Made by a program: the position numbers and the translations under genes. From Fimicolochytrium jonesii (lineage: Eukaryota), in assembly GCF_025526975.1 (NCBI RefSeq), contig NW_026515704.1:1-64000 (forward strand): DNA of 64,000 nucleotides, in the 5' to 3' direction. The notes under the pieces are model-generated. The model was given only the letters and a program-made list of their open reading frames with translations, was not told where the DNA came from and did not search any database. This document shows, one piece after another, positions 10,068 through 20,697 of this stretch (positions are counted from its first letter, which is position 1; each line of letters opens with the position of its first letter).

Positions 10068-10625
10068 CTAACTCCAACGCGATCCGAAGATGCCCATGAA
10101 TTCGTCTACGCGTGTTGACTGGGCGGAAGGGCCATCCACAACCGTCTCTTCATCTTTGGAACTGTAAGCGATATCATCAGGTAACTCTGGGCTTGCAGCC
10201 CGACGTGAAGGTTGTGGCTTCTTAGCTGCCGTCTGCTTAGGTTGGACCCCTGCCATCTGATGGCGCTCAGCCTTTCTGGCAGCCCGTTCCTCCTTTGCTT
10301 TCAGTTTCGCTTTCTCCTTCTCCCGTTCGTACTTTTCTATGATCTTCCGAGCTCGTTCCTTTTCTGCTTCCTTCTGCTCCAGCTCCCGCCGCTTAGCCTC
10401 CTCCGCTTCCTGCTCTTTTTTCATCTTAGTCAGCTTCCGCAGGTTCTCCGCGCGTTTCTGCTGAGCACGCTTCAGTGCCTCCAGCTGGGCTGGTGTTCTG
10501 GGCTTCTTCTGACGCTCTTTGATGGTTGCGTCAAGGACCTCATCGAGACCATCGTCTGCCGCAGGGACTGGAGTAGGAGGCCGATTTGCGTTCTCCTGTA
10601 CTGGCCTATCCTTATAATCCTCCAT
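10068..10625 (-). CDS. K/E-rich coiled-coil viral protein (185 aa)
   Basis: KKPRTPAQLEALKRAQQKRAENLRK followed by a charged helix; lies between penton and MCP. Confidence 0.7.
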   Translation of the reverse strand: MEDYKDRPVQENANRPPTPVPAADDGLDEVLDATIKERQKKPRTPAQLEALKRAQQKRAENLRKLTKMKKEQEAEEAKRRELEQKEAEKERARKIIEKYEREKEKAKLKAKEERAARKAERHQMAGVQPKQTAAKKPQPSRRAASPELPDDIAYSSKDEETVVDGPSAQSTRVDEFMGIFGSRWS

Positions 10626-10683
10626 TGCAGCTTCTGTTATGAAGCTACCTGTAGAAAAAAATTCGTGAGGCTATTCATCTCGT

Positions 10684-11442
10684 CTACGCCACGCGATTCG
10701 GGAGCATGTCTGAGGGGTCATCGAAGATACCAATCGTGACTATCATAGGGCTATTGGTCTGAATCTCATGCAGCGTTGCGCTGTTGACTAGAGCGATGTC
10801 CACTTCGGTGAGAGTAGTGTCTTCAAGAGCATGGAAGCGGTCGCTTGGGTTCACCCATGTGATCACATCGTTGAAATTATCTGGAACAATGGCACAGAGA
10901 ATATTCATATCACTGTTGATCCCCGCTGGATAGAGGACAGCTCCGTTGGTTTGAAGCGTCCAGGATGTCAAGAGGATAGGTTGGGATGCAGAAAGGTTCA
11001 GCGTGTTTGGTAGCTCAAACGATGTGCCGTAGCCAGTCTCCGAAGCTTTGGAGATTCCAAGCTGTAAGTACGCGCTCGATCCGCGATTCCCTTCAAGAAT
11101 CTTGAACTGCTTTGTCCCAGTGGTTTTAACCCTTAACCGACGCGTGACTTCGTTGTATTCGCATTGATACGCTTGCGTACCCTTCGAAGTCAATGCGCTG
11201 GCCACAGCGTCCAGGATGCTGGCACTGCTGTAAGTTCCGGACGGAAGAGTCGCCTTGATGGGCGTCAAAGAGCCTTGCTCGACAAACATGATGGAACTGT
11301 TGGACACATCTGTGGCATCCATGTTTTGAAGGAAGCAGACACTTACGACTCGAAAACCATAGCAGGCTATAGGCGACATGCGAAAAGTGGCTTGATTCAG
11401 ATCAGCCAAGGTTCCCGTGTTCAGGATCAGCTCTCGGTACAT
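10684..11442 (-). CDS. Minor capsid protein / penton (252 aa)
   Basis: TLPSGTYSSASILDAVASAL matches the (I/L)PxGxY motif of PLV/virophage pentons; C-terminal LTEVDIALVN strand. Confidence 0.8.
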   Translation of the reverse strand: MYRELILNTGTLADLNQATFRMSPIACYGFRVVSVCFLQNMDATDVSNSSIMFVEQGSLTPIKATLPSGTYSSASILDAVASALTSKGTQAYQCEYNEVTRRLRVKTTGTKQFKILEGNRGSSAYLQLGISKASETGYGTSFELPNTLNLSASQPILLTSWTLQTNGAVLYPAGINSDMNILCAIVPDNFNDVITWVNPSDRFHALEDTTLTEVDIALVNSATLHEIQTNSPMIVTIGIFDDPSDMLPNRVA

Positions 11443-11511
11443 TGCTTAGCTGCGTGATGTCTACTGTTTATATTGGGTTGCTAAGAAAATAACACAAAGT
11501 GAGACGCCTGA

Positions 11512-12282
11512 GACGCCCCGGAAGTTTCTAAGGCTAAGGTACCAAAGGAGTTCGAGATCCATCTCAAGGATGAGACACCTCAAAGCTACCCGAGAAAGTT
11601 CTTTGCTTTGACAATGGTAGGGAGTTCGCGGAGTGGCAAGACAACCTCAATAGTCAACTTCATAGACAAACTGGCGCCCGTGTACAGTATAGTTGTTGTC
11701 TTCACGCCATCCAGTTCAGATGTAACTTGGACTGCCTTACGTAAGCACGAAAATGTATTAGTAGCAGATCTTATCTCAAATCACGTGCTCCATACCCTGT
11801 TCGAGCGCCAGACGAAGCTGTATGCGGCGAATAAGGAAGAGAATCATATGCTGATCGTCATCGACGACTTTGGTATCCTCAGTCAAGAGAAAGGACCAGA
11901 TATCGGAAAACCACCTAAGCAGCCTGAGCTTGTATCGAGCGGGATAAAGCAGATGCTCGATCTTCTCTATAGTCGACCTCCGCATCGAGGCTGCAGTCTG
12001 ATCGTGTCCTATCATGACTCCCTGCAAATGTCCCCTCTAGTTCGGGTCAATAGCACCCATTGGGTTCTGTACCGCCTCAATCTAAAGCAATATGAGAAGA
12101 TTGCACCGGAAGTCGCGTGTCATGTCTCGCAGAAGGAGTTCATCTCGCTTGCAGACGCGTATACCAAACAGCCATTCAATTTCATGTACGTGGATTTGAA
12201 GGCACATGAGAACAAGGATGTATTCAAACATGGCAAGCCAGCGCCGATGAAAGAAATTACTTCAACAAAGGCAAAGAAGTGA
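11512..12282 (+). CDS. A32/FtsK-like DNA packaging ATPase (start uncertain)
   Basis: Walker A GSSRSGKT, Walker B MLIVIDD, SPLVRVN motif. The frame is open from 11512 but has no ATG before 11614. The usual RGRH motif reads RPPH. Confidence 0.85.
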   Translation, partial: DAPEVSKAKVPKEFEIHLKDETPQSYPRKFFALTMVGSSRSGKTTSIVNFIDKLAPVYSIVVVFTPSSSDVTWTALRKHENVLVADLISNHVLHTLFERQTKLYAANKEENHMLIVIDDFGILSQEKGPDIGKPPKQPELVSSGIKQMLDLLYSRPPHRGCSLIVSYHDSLQMSPLVRVNSTHWVLYRLNLKQYEKIAPEVACHVSQKEFISLADAYTKQPFNFMYVDLKAHENKDVFKHGKPAPMKEITSTKAKK

Positions 12283-12293
12283 CAAGGAAGAAC

Positions 12294-13547
12294 ATGGCAG
12301 ATGAAGGCCCCCTGCCCGAGAGGCAGGACTACCACAAGGCAGTCACCGCGGCGGATGAGGCACGTTTGAAGCGCTTCTACTATGAAAAAAAAAACATCTT
12401 AGGCAGAGATCGGCTCTGGTTTTCTTTCCGCAAAGCCTTTCCCGATTCCACCATATCACAGCGAACGATTCTCTCGTGGCTCAAGAGACAGAAGATATGG
12501 CAGCAAACGACACCGCCGCATGGAAGTGGAGGCAGCATCCGTCCCATCCTTTCATCCTCACCTGGTGCTTTCCAGATCGATTGTATCAACCTCAGCGCGG
12601 TGGCGTTCGGCAGGTTCCGTTACATCGTGAACGCGGTTGACATATTCTCCAAACGCCTCTTCTCCATGGCCATGAAGACACAGGATCAGGCAAATGTGGT
12701 TCGCTTTCTCAACCAGATGAAAGCTACGCCTGGGGTCAAGCTTAGATCCTTCACGAGTGACAACGGGTCTGAATTCCAAGGTACTGTGCAAACGTGGGCG
12801 CGAGAGAAGGGGGTTACGTGGTCCTTCGGGAAGCCCGGTCGGCCAGGGACTCAGGGTCAAGTCGAGCGTATTAATGGCACTTTGAAGCGGTTGCTCTACG
12901 CCGGGATAAGACTTGGTGATAGAAACTGGCCGGCATCCCTGCCGCAGCTCGTCCAGAATGTCAACTCCACGAAAACGCGAACGACTGGAGTGTCCCCGTT
13001 GGAAGCAGAAGCAGCTGGAGAGGATGAGAAAGGTGAGATCTATCAGCGGCTGGTGACGGGCAAGACTAAGGGTAGGGGAATCAAGTTGCAGCCACCACTC
13101 AAGGTCGGGGATGTTGTTCGGATGCTGAAAGGAACCGGTGGGACTAACATCCAGCGACGGGCGAAAACGGGTTACTTTGGGGATGAGACGTACAGGGTGA
13201 TGCAGATGGTGAAGAGTAACTTTGCCAATTACTCAGCATCATACAAACTGTTCGATATAGGCCGGGGAGAGGTCATGAGAGGTCTCTATCCTGCATCCTC
13301 GCTGAGGCTAGTGCCGCCTGAAACAAACGAGGATCAAGGCTCGGTCCCGCTCCCCCCCGACGACAACGATGAATACGAGGTAGAAGCTTTGATCGGGAAG
13401 CGGACTAGACGCGTAAGGGGAAGGCAGGTTGTGGAGTACAGAGTCCTTTACGTAGGCTATCCTGAAAGTGAAAGCACCTGGGAGCCGCGAACGGAGCTGC
13501 TGGAAACAGCACCCGTTCTGGTTGAAGAGTACGACAATGCTCACTGA
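12294..13547 (+). CDS. Retroviral-type (rve) DDE integrase with C-terminal chromodomain
   Basis: FQIDCINL, VDIFSK, SDNGSEF and QGQVERINGTLK give the D,D,E triad; chromodomain EYEVEALIGKR...EYRVLYVGYPESESTWEP. Confidence 0.93.
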   Translation: MADEGPLPERQDYHKAVTAADEARLKRFYYEKKNILGRDRLWFSFRKAFPDSTISQRTILSWLKRQKIWQQTTPPHGSGGSIRPILSSSPGAFQIDCINLSAVAFGRFRYIVNAVDIFSKRLFSMAMKTQDQANVVRFLNQMKATPGVKLRSFTSDNGSEFQGTVQTWAREKGVTWSFGKPGRPGTQGQVERINGTLKRLLYAGIRLGDRNWPASLPQLVQNVNSTKTRTTGVSPLEAEAAGEDEKGEIYQRLVTGKTKGRGIKLQPPLKVGDVVRMLKGTGGTNIQRRAKTGYFGDETYRVMQMVKSNFANYSASYKLFDIGRGEVMRGLYPASSLRLVPPETNEDQGSVPLPPDDNDEYEVEALIGKRTRRVRGRQVVEYRVLYVGYPESESTWEPRTELLETAPVLVEEYDNAH

Positions 13548-13765
13548 ATGGCCATTGCTATGAGCCACGCTGCTGCAAAAGCTTCCTTGGGATTGGACTC
13601 GTGAACATGTCTCCATCCTTTTCGTGTCAAGAGCAGCAGGTCATTCCGTTCCCATAGTCTCCACACTTCGGCCATCCTTTTTAGCCGACGTAAAAGTAGA
13701 CGCGATTGGATGTCCCCGGACATAGATGTTTTTTTAAGTTACTTTACTAAGAAAGACGTTGACGG

Positions 13766-14023
13766 ATGGTTTATACAAGCTTAACGCAAGTACAGAGGGA
13801 CCGCATCCGACAGCAAGGTTGGGAACCGTTGAAGGAGAAACTCGCCAGCAACTCTCTATGGCTGATCCTTGACGAGACTGTCAGAGCGCGAATCTGGGGT
13901 AAACTGTATGAAGAAATCAGTGAAGATATCTTCTTAGAAACTGTCAGTGTGGTCTACCCGCCTTCACCAGCCAAAGGTAGGAAGCCGCAAGGCAAGAAAG
14001 CAGAAACAGAATCGACAAGCTGA
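13766..14023 (+). CDS. Hypothetical viral protein (85 aa)
   Basis: ATG ORF filling the intergenic space, with a basic tail. Confidence 0.5.
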   Translation: MVYTSLTQVQRDRIRQQGWEPLKEKLASNSLWLILDETVRARIWGKLYEEISEDIFLETVSVVYPPSPAKGRKPQGKKAETESTS

Positions 14024-14131
14024 TTTCGCATCGCGTTTATCGATAAACTCAGAGAGCAAACGCGTACATAAAAAGCCCTCGCATATACGGTGATGGAATG
14101 TATACATGTATGTAGCATTTATACATTCAAC

Positions 14132-14656
14132 ATGACTCCTTTCCCTCCGGAAATCATAAACAGGATCGTGGACTTTCTCCCACACAACGACCATCGGTCG
14201 CTCCTCTTCACTTTCGGACGCATGGACCTCCTACGTGCCAAGTTGGAGGCTCACATGACGAGCCGAGCCCGTCTTGAGTACGATTGGAACTACGACGACG
14301 CTGTCGTAGACGCCTGGCAACAAACAATCGGTGGAACCAGAGGGGTCATCCATTTGAGAACAAGAGTCTATCCTGATGGTCGTTGCGTTGATATCACGCA
14401 CGTCGGGGCGCTCGAAAAATGTCACCTCCAATACGTTGAGAACGCTAGCGGCGGGTACATTCGTCGTCACTACTGCTTTGAAAGGTATCTTGAAGTTGAT
14501 TGGGTCTGGGGAGAGTGTGCGTACCATCAAGAAGGATATTATCGATTCCCCCAAATGTGTAACTGGCGTTGCGGATGCCGAAGTCACATGTTGTGCATAC
14601 CAAGCTGGTGGCGCCTCTCCAACATGCCTCTCCGACAGGTTGAGGAGTATGTTTAA
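14132..14656 (+). CDS. F-box-like protein (174 aa)
   Basis: N-terminal PFPPEIINRIVDFLP fits the F-box consensus LPxEIxxxIxxxL. Confidence 0.6.
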   Translation: MTPFPPEIINRIVDFLPHNDHRSLLFTFGRMDLLRAKLEAHMTSRARLEYDWNYDDAVVDAWQQTIGGTRGVIHLRTRVYPDGRCVDITHVGALEKCHLQYVENASGGYIRRHYCFERYLEVDWVWGECAYHQEGYYRFPQMCNWRCGCRSHMLCIPSWWRLSNMPLRQVEEYV

Positions 14657-14705
14657 ATCGTGCGCGGCCAAAAGGACCTCACAGTGGAAGCGTAGATGGT
14701 AGTAC

Positions 14706-14928
14706 CTTATGCGTCTTAGAACCGCATATTATACCACCATTCCCGCATATAGCACCTCTCCATCATTGCTCAACTGGTACTCGTCCGAATCTGACCGTCT
14801 TATACTTCTTAGAACCTTTTTTGAGAAAGTGTTGAGAATAAGGAAGGAAAAAGGATGGTAGCTTAGAGATGAAAGGGCGGTACTGTGGGACTTTGCTGGA
14901 AACGGTATAATCATTCTAAGTGATCTAA
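14706..14928 (+). repeat. Left arm of a ~222 bp imperfect inverted repeat
   Basis: Reverse complement of 17957-18178; identical blocks TCTTATACTTCTTAGAACCTTTTTTGAGAAAG and GCGGTACTGTGGGACTTTGCTG. Confidence 0.93.
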
Positions 14929-15285
14929 GTTCTCCAATCACTGCCCGCGTCTATAAAAGGAGGTCATGTACAGAGCAACTTACTACGCTCAATCCTATAC
15001 GGCTAGCGACTCTGATACATTCCAGCCCTGGTAACCGCGCGAAGGACTGAATCTTTACTGATATTGAGAAGCATTGCTAAGTTTCGGATCGTATCGGCTG
15101 TGAAAGTCTTCTGGAAACCGCCGACATCGAGGTGAGCAGTGTATGTGTACTTCTGTGTCTTCATGGCGAGTCTTTGTCCTGTACCTATAGGCTGCCAACA
15201 TCATTTTTAATCTGCTGCGTTTCCCTGCGTTTGGATGCAGTTATCTCTTTTCTTGTCCTTATAACAGGACCGTGCTTAGGCCAGG

Positions 15286-17956
15286 ATGAGCAACACATTC
15301 AAGAAACCCCGTCTTTCCGAGTTTGATGCGAAAGGCATCTCAAAAGGGCAGCTGCTGGAGGCAGCGGAAGAGTATCAGAGGCAAGGATTCATCCCTGTGC
15401 CTGCCAAGGTAAAAGGCTACAAGTGGAACCAAGAGCTAGGAAAGTTCAAAAAGCAAATGACCTTCGAGAAGGAGTTCACGAGCACCACGCTTGATGATTG
15501 CCTTGAAAGATTCAAAGCCTTGACGAAAGTAAACGCGATCGCGTTGCTCTGTGGGCCTAAGAGTGACACTTTCGCAGTCGATGTTGACGACATAGCGAAG
15601 TTCGATTCTTGGTTGGAAGCTGAAGGCAAACCTATCGAGACAGCCGTTCAGCATCGGGGGTTGGACGACACTACCTGTTTCGGTCAGACGAGCGCCTTCG
15701 CGGCTTGGAAGGTCAGCAGAACATTTCCTTCCCGGGAGATATCAAGCTGGATGTTGACCTCCGAGGCGGGGATAAGTACACCATCCTCGTCGAACCGACA
15801 AAGCTTTGGAGTCCGGACAAACAGCATGTCTTTGAGTATCGGTGGGCAGTACCCCGCACACAGCTGCGAGCTTCGCTAAAGCCTACTCCCGACTGGCTCT
15901 ACAAGGCGATTGAGAGCAATAAGAAGGCACACAAGAAAAGCCCTTCATTTTCATCCTCGTCCTCTTCCTCGGTTGCACCCTCCTCAAAGGCGTCCTCATC
16001 CGAAAAGTGGGAACCTGAAGGACTTACGCAAGCTTCTTGTGATACCATTGCAAAAGTGTGTTCAGAGACTTTTCCAGAGTTCGACCAGACGGATTTCTTC
16101 CGCATCCAGTGGTACCGTACCTGCATCTTGGCACGGGTCCGGAGTTCGCACTGCCTTTTGAAGGAAAGCGATCACAATGATAAGCCCGGTCACGGCTACC
16201 TGGTCGTTGCTCGAACAAAATCATCTACCGGTGCTTTAGCACAAAGTACGCCGAGTGTTCTGGTGGGGAGATAAAGCGACCCATCGAGAAACAGGAAAGC
16301 GGACTGGCTATGACAAAACTTTACACCGACCATTCTCCCATGGCCGCACAATGTAGCGCGATCGTTACTAGCACCTTACCGATCGAAGATCGAGCGGTGG
16401 CGGAACTGGTGCTTAGTCAACTGGAAGGCACAGTCGTACGCACCACCGGGTCCGAACCGCTGAAATGGCACGCGTATAATGATGTTGCAGGAATTTGGGA
16501 AGTGAAGGACGCCGGGGTCATAGCACGCCTGATCTTCGACTCCATCGCGGAGGAGTCGAGACAGCTGCAGACGTACTATGAAGCTGAAAGGAAGAAGCTC
16601 GTTTCTGCAGATGCGGAGGGGACCGATGAAGCGCAGGGGAAACAAAACAAAAAGGAGCTCGATCGTCTAATCGGCCGGGCAAAGGCCTTGTACTCACACG
16701 TCAGTGCGAACCGAACAATGAGCTCAACACTGCGCAAACTACAAGATGACATATGTGATGACCGAGTCAGGAAGCTTTGGGATACGAGAGATGACCTTCT
16801 TCACTTTTCCAACGGAGTGTATGATTTCAGCAAGACGGAGTTCCGGAAGAGCAGCCCACAGGACTATTCCACTCGTGCATTGACTCTCGAATATGTCCCG
16901 TACGCACAGCACCCTCCTCACAAGAAGGCAGCCGTCAAGAAGTTCTTCTCCGACATAACTTTGGATAATCAAGAGCTGGAGGATTTTTTGCTGAAGATTC
17001 TGGCTTCTATTCTTCACGGAGATGACCCGAACCAGTTAGGTTTTTTCTTTGCCGGGTCAGGATCGAATGGGAAATCCGCCCTGATTCGACTTCTCAATCA
17101 CGCTCTTGGGCCCTATTGTACTTCGCTTTCCACTGCTTTATTGGGTTCCGAGCCCAACAACGGAAACGCTGCTAGCCCTGCTCTGATGCAACTTAAGGGC
17201 ATGCGAGGGGCCTTCGCTACTGAGTACGAGCGGCCAACCATGGAAACCGGCTTCATCAAATCTTGGATCGGACGTGACCAGCATACCGCCCGCGAGAACT
17301 ATGGTAGTAACGAGAACTTCACCATCAAAGCCACTTTCCTTCTCGCGTTGAATAACATGCCTATCATTCGCGACAAGACTCATGGCTTCTGGCGGAAGCT
17401 GTGCAAGATACCCTTCAATGCTGAGTTTGTCTCTCATACTCCTAACATGCCGAACGAACGGGAATCTTCACCCGACTTTGAGAAGAAGCACCTGCTACCT
17501 GCAGCAGACACATTCTTGGCGTTACTAGTGGATGTATACTACCCGAGATATGAAAGCGAAGGGATGAAACGATCCGTCTGGCCGCAATGCGTCATAGACG
17601 CAACGGACGAGTATCGTCACACCCAAAACACCGCGGCGGAGTTCTTCGAAAACTATGTGAGACCCCCAACGAGTCAAGAACACTACATTACCTGCTCCGC
17701 CTTCGATGCGCTTTTCGTAAAGTTCTGTGAAAAGAAAGGCATCCCATCAGGCAAGCACATCGTAGGTCTGCGTGACTTGATGGACAAGAAGTACCTTCCT
17801 GGCAAAGACCCCAAAGATAAGAATTGCCACAACTTTCATGTCCCTCCTTCTTTCGGGGAGGCTAAGGGCAAGACCATCCGCGGCTGGAAATGTGTTGTAA
17901 GCCAGGAATGGAAGGTTGAAGACCCGAAGGATGCCGAAGAGCCCGGGGAGCGATGA
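15286..17956 (+). pseudogene. Prim-Pol primase + zinc finger + D5-like SF3 helicase; one gene with two frameshifts (~15650, ~16215)
   Basis: Primase: NAIALLCG..FAVDVD, then after a shift SGVGRHYLF and DVDLRGG..VEPT. Zn finger: HCLLKESDH..HGYL, then after a shift IYRCF..EC. D5_N: LLHFSNGVYDF. Walker A: GSGSNGKS; also GFWRKL. Confidence 0.88.
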
Positions 17957-18178
17957 TTAGACCATTTAGAACAATTATACCGTTTTCAGCAAAGTCCCAC
18001 AGTACCGCTCCTTCATCTTGTAGCTACATCCTTTTCCTTCTTTTATCCTCAAACCTTTCTCAAAAAAGGTTCTAAGAAGTATAAGATGTACAGTTCCGGA
18101 CGATTACCGGTTGGTTAACGACGGAGAGGTGCTATATGCGGAAATGGCGGTATAATATGCGGGTATAAGACGCATAAG
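17957..18178 (-). repeat. Right arm of the inverted repeat
   Basis: Starts on the base after the helicase stop codon; reverse complement of 14706-14928. Confidence 0.93.
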
Positions 18179-18188
18179 CTGAAACCAT

Positions 18189-18905
18189 CTACGCCTCCAC
18201 GGTGAGGGTCCGTTTCGCCCCACATGGTCTGCAGTACCTCTGCATTAGGAGAATCGTAGCTATGTCACATCCTTGGCAAGCGCGGAAACGCGGGACGATG
18301 CTCATCCTTTTACAAACGCAGTTGTAACAGGTTCCAGGCGATACATCCTTCGCCAGGCACTTTGCCCCAGACGGTAAAGTCACCTTTCGCTCGCCTTCGG
18401 CGAACCGGTACTTCCTCTGGCACCCTTTACAATCAGCGAGAGACCGATAGAAGGCGACCTGACCTTTGGCGACGACATCTTGCTCTTTGAACCATCTAAC
18501 GCAATCATTCCCCATTCTGATCAGACGTCTCGTCTTCTCGTTCCAGAGATAATACACAGATCGGATCAGATGCATGCATACACAGGCGTCCTCAGAATCA
18601 ATGTGCTCGATATGCTCCCCGTTGTCCTTTCTCAGCCCATTACATACTTCAGCAAAATCATAGACGCCTTGAACGCCAAACCTCTGGTAGAAGGTTCTGA
18701 TCGCCATGATCTCTAACCTCCCGTCAACCGTTGTCTCCACCTCTTCTGCTACCCCATCCGCGAGTTAGGTATGACCCACTACCTTCCATTCCCCCCGTGC
18801 CGAATGGAAGTTGTCCGCTAAGGATGCCAGTGGGACCTTCTTTTGCAAGATCTCTCGATGATGTTTTGCGACCTCCTTCATCATCATCTTTGTCCTAGAC
18901 ACCAT
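18189..18905 (-). pseudogene. Cys-rich zinc-binding viral protein with an in-frame TAA at 18765-18767
   Basis: Same frame from ATG 18905 (..SARGEWKV..) through CVCMHLI..WNEKT..MGNDCVRWF and several CxxC pairs; the pattern resembles proteins of large DNA viruses. Confidence 0.6.
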
Positions 18906-18913
18906 AAAATTAT

Positions 18914-19252
18914 TTACTGTTCTCCAAAGCATGCCACGAGGTGGCTATGTTTGCTGGACATGTCACTGGCAACGATCACCACGACTTTCCCTCCATGATA
19001 CGCGATTCCAAGATATCCACTTCTCCGAATCTCGAACATGGCCCTCCGTCTCTTTCCCAATCCTCCCTTGAAGCTACAAATGCTTCCGAGTGTCTCGAAA
19101 ATGTGTCTATTCTCCTCCGTCAAAGCTACGTAAAACATGAACTTCTCCTTCCCTCTGACGGCGCGGCAGAGCTCCCCGAGATCTTCCAAGGAAGCGCATT
19201 TCGAGTTGTACAGCGTATGACCCGCTACCACTCGAATCCGCGATCGCGACAT
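18914..19252 (-). CDS. Hypothetical viral protein (112 aa)
   Basis: ATG ORF tightly packed in a minus-strand run, with TATATA upstream. Confidence 0.5.
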   Translation of the reverse strand: MSRSRIRVVAGHTLYNSKCASLEDLGELCRAVRGKEKFMFYVALTEENRHIFETLGSICSFKGGLGKRRRAMFEIRRSGYLGIAYHGGKVVVIVASDMSSKHSHLVACFGEQ

Positions 19253-19295
19253 CGTTACTAGAGTATATACAAAGGGCGCGGTTTATATAGGGCTC

Positions 19296-19649
19296 CTATG
19301 TCTCTGACGCTTCCATGGAGATATCGGGGCTCGGCTGGTTTGTCGTAGCGTCCTCGGCGGGCGCAGGAACATAGGGAGGTAGATTCTCCCTGGGGCGAAC
19401 ATGGAGTATCGCATGCCTTCGCGCCAGGATTTGGCCTCGTAGCTCCTCGAACTTGAAAGCCATCTTATGCGCTTCGCGCAACATATCGTTCAGAAGTTCC
19501 ACGATTTCTTCTACGCTATTGCAGCACTCAACATTGCTCGCAGCGCCTCTGTAGGCGTCCAGGAGAGCGTGAAAAGCCGCATCGTGCTGCAACTTGATTT
19601 GGGGGTCAGACAGCTCGTCAAAAAAGGTTGTGAGTTCCTCCGCGTTCAT
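19296..19649 (-). CDS. Hypothetical helical viral protein (~117 aa)
   Basis: ORF from MNAEELTTFF; upstream start possible. Confidence 0.5.
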   Translation of the reverse strand: MNAEELTTFFDELSDPQIKLQHDAAFHALLDAYRGAASNVECCNSVEEIVELLNDMLREAHKMAFKFEELRGQILARRHAILHVRPRENLPPYVPAPAEDATTNQPSPDISMEASET

Positions 19650-20697
19650 CTTTCGTCGTTGTCTATTCTTGATCCGGGAATGGCGGGAGGGCTGGCCCTT
19701 TATCAAGGTCATCAGGTCTCATTTTTCGCCCTACGGCACCACTTTCATGAGCTTCCGTCATTCCTACTTTCCACCGCGCGTGTCGCATTTCTATTGGTCC
19801 ACTAGCGCTCCTACAGAGTTACTGCATGACCAGCGGTAACAGACTGCAATCAAGTCCCTGACCCGTGATCCTTATCGGGATCACATCCAGGTCATCCTTT
19901 CGTCATCAGCAGCTGGCTGTCCGATATGAGTCGGCTACGGCCATCAACATCTCTATAGGCACCATGAGATATCGTCGGCGTCCCCTCGTGTCTGTTGTAG
20001 TCTTAGACCCGTCGTACAAAACGGGCGCAATGATCAGCGTTGTGAGTAGTACCCTTTGCTCCCGGATCGTTATCGCCATGGCTGCATTCTTGCTAAGTCC
20101 TTGCTGCCGAATACGGCAAGACGATCATGCCTTCCAGTAGGAATGCAGGACGTATCTATCGTTTGAACGACGTCCCATATAGAAGCTATTTACGCTTCCC
20201 ATAGGGTTCTGTCAAGTCCTGAAAACGAAAGCGAGTTTGTCTCCTGAGACGATAGGTGAGTGTTGACTGCTGCGTTGCTGTAGCCCGGTCGAAGCGCGAG
20301 AGGTGCGGGATGTACGGATGTCTGGGTCGTCACTGTGCCAGACAAATACGTTTGGTGCTACGGAGTCGATGGCAGAGAGGTTTCTGTGCTTATATGTGTG
20401 TCGAGGATGGTCGAGTCGTTTAGATGTACGGGAGGGGAAGGAAAGGATGTGCGGGAGAGAAAAGGATGTACGGGAGGGAAAAGGATGCCAGACGCAGTAC
20501 TTATGTATTCAGTATATTTCAGATACGAAACTTGCAAGATACAACTCTCGTCTCGGTCCCTGCGATCAACTCAACTCAACTCACGAGTTTGCGATAAACA
20601 CAAAATCTTATCGATAAACTCGCGACTTCATTGACTCGGCCCCCGAAATCACGTGTGACAAGAACGCGAAAACGCCACGCGACACAGCTCACGCGAC

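Noticed and set aside
13541..13723. 60 aa minus-strand ORF in the virus
   Set aside because: Could be real but is too short and has no recognisable motif.
6790..13760. CTAAG upstream of several viral genes as a late promoter
   Set aside because: A five-base motif, not seen close upstream of the MCP and fibre starts; cannot be distinguished from chance by eye.
20400..20490. Three to four ~20 bp purine-rich repeats (GGATGTACGGGAGGGAAAA) and overlapping ORFs
   Set aside because: The repeat is real but short and low-complexity, the ORFs lack coding features, and no function can be supported.
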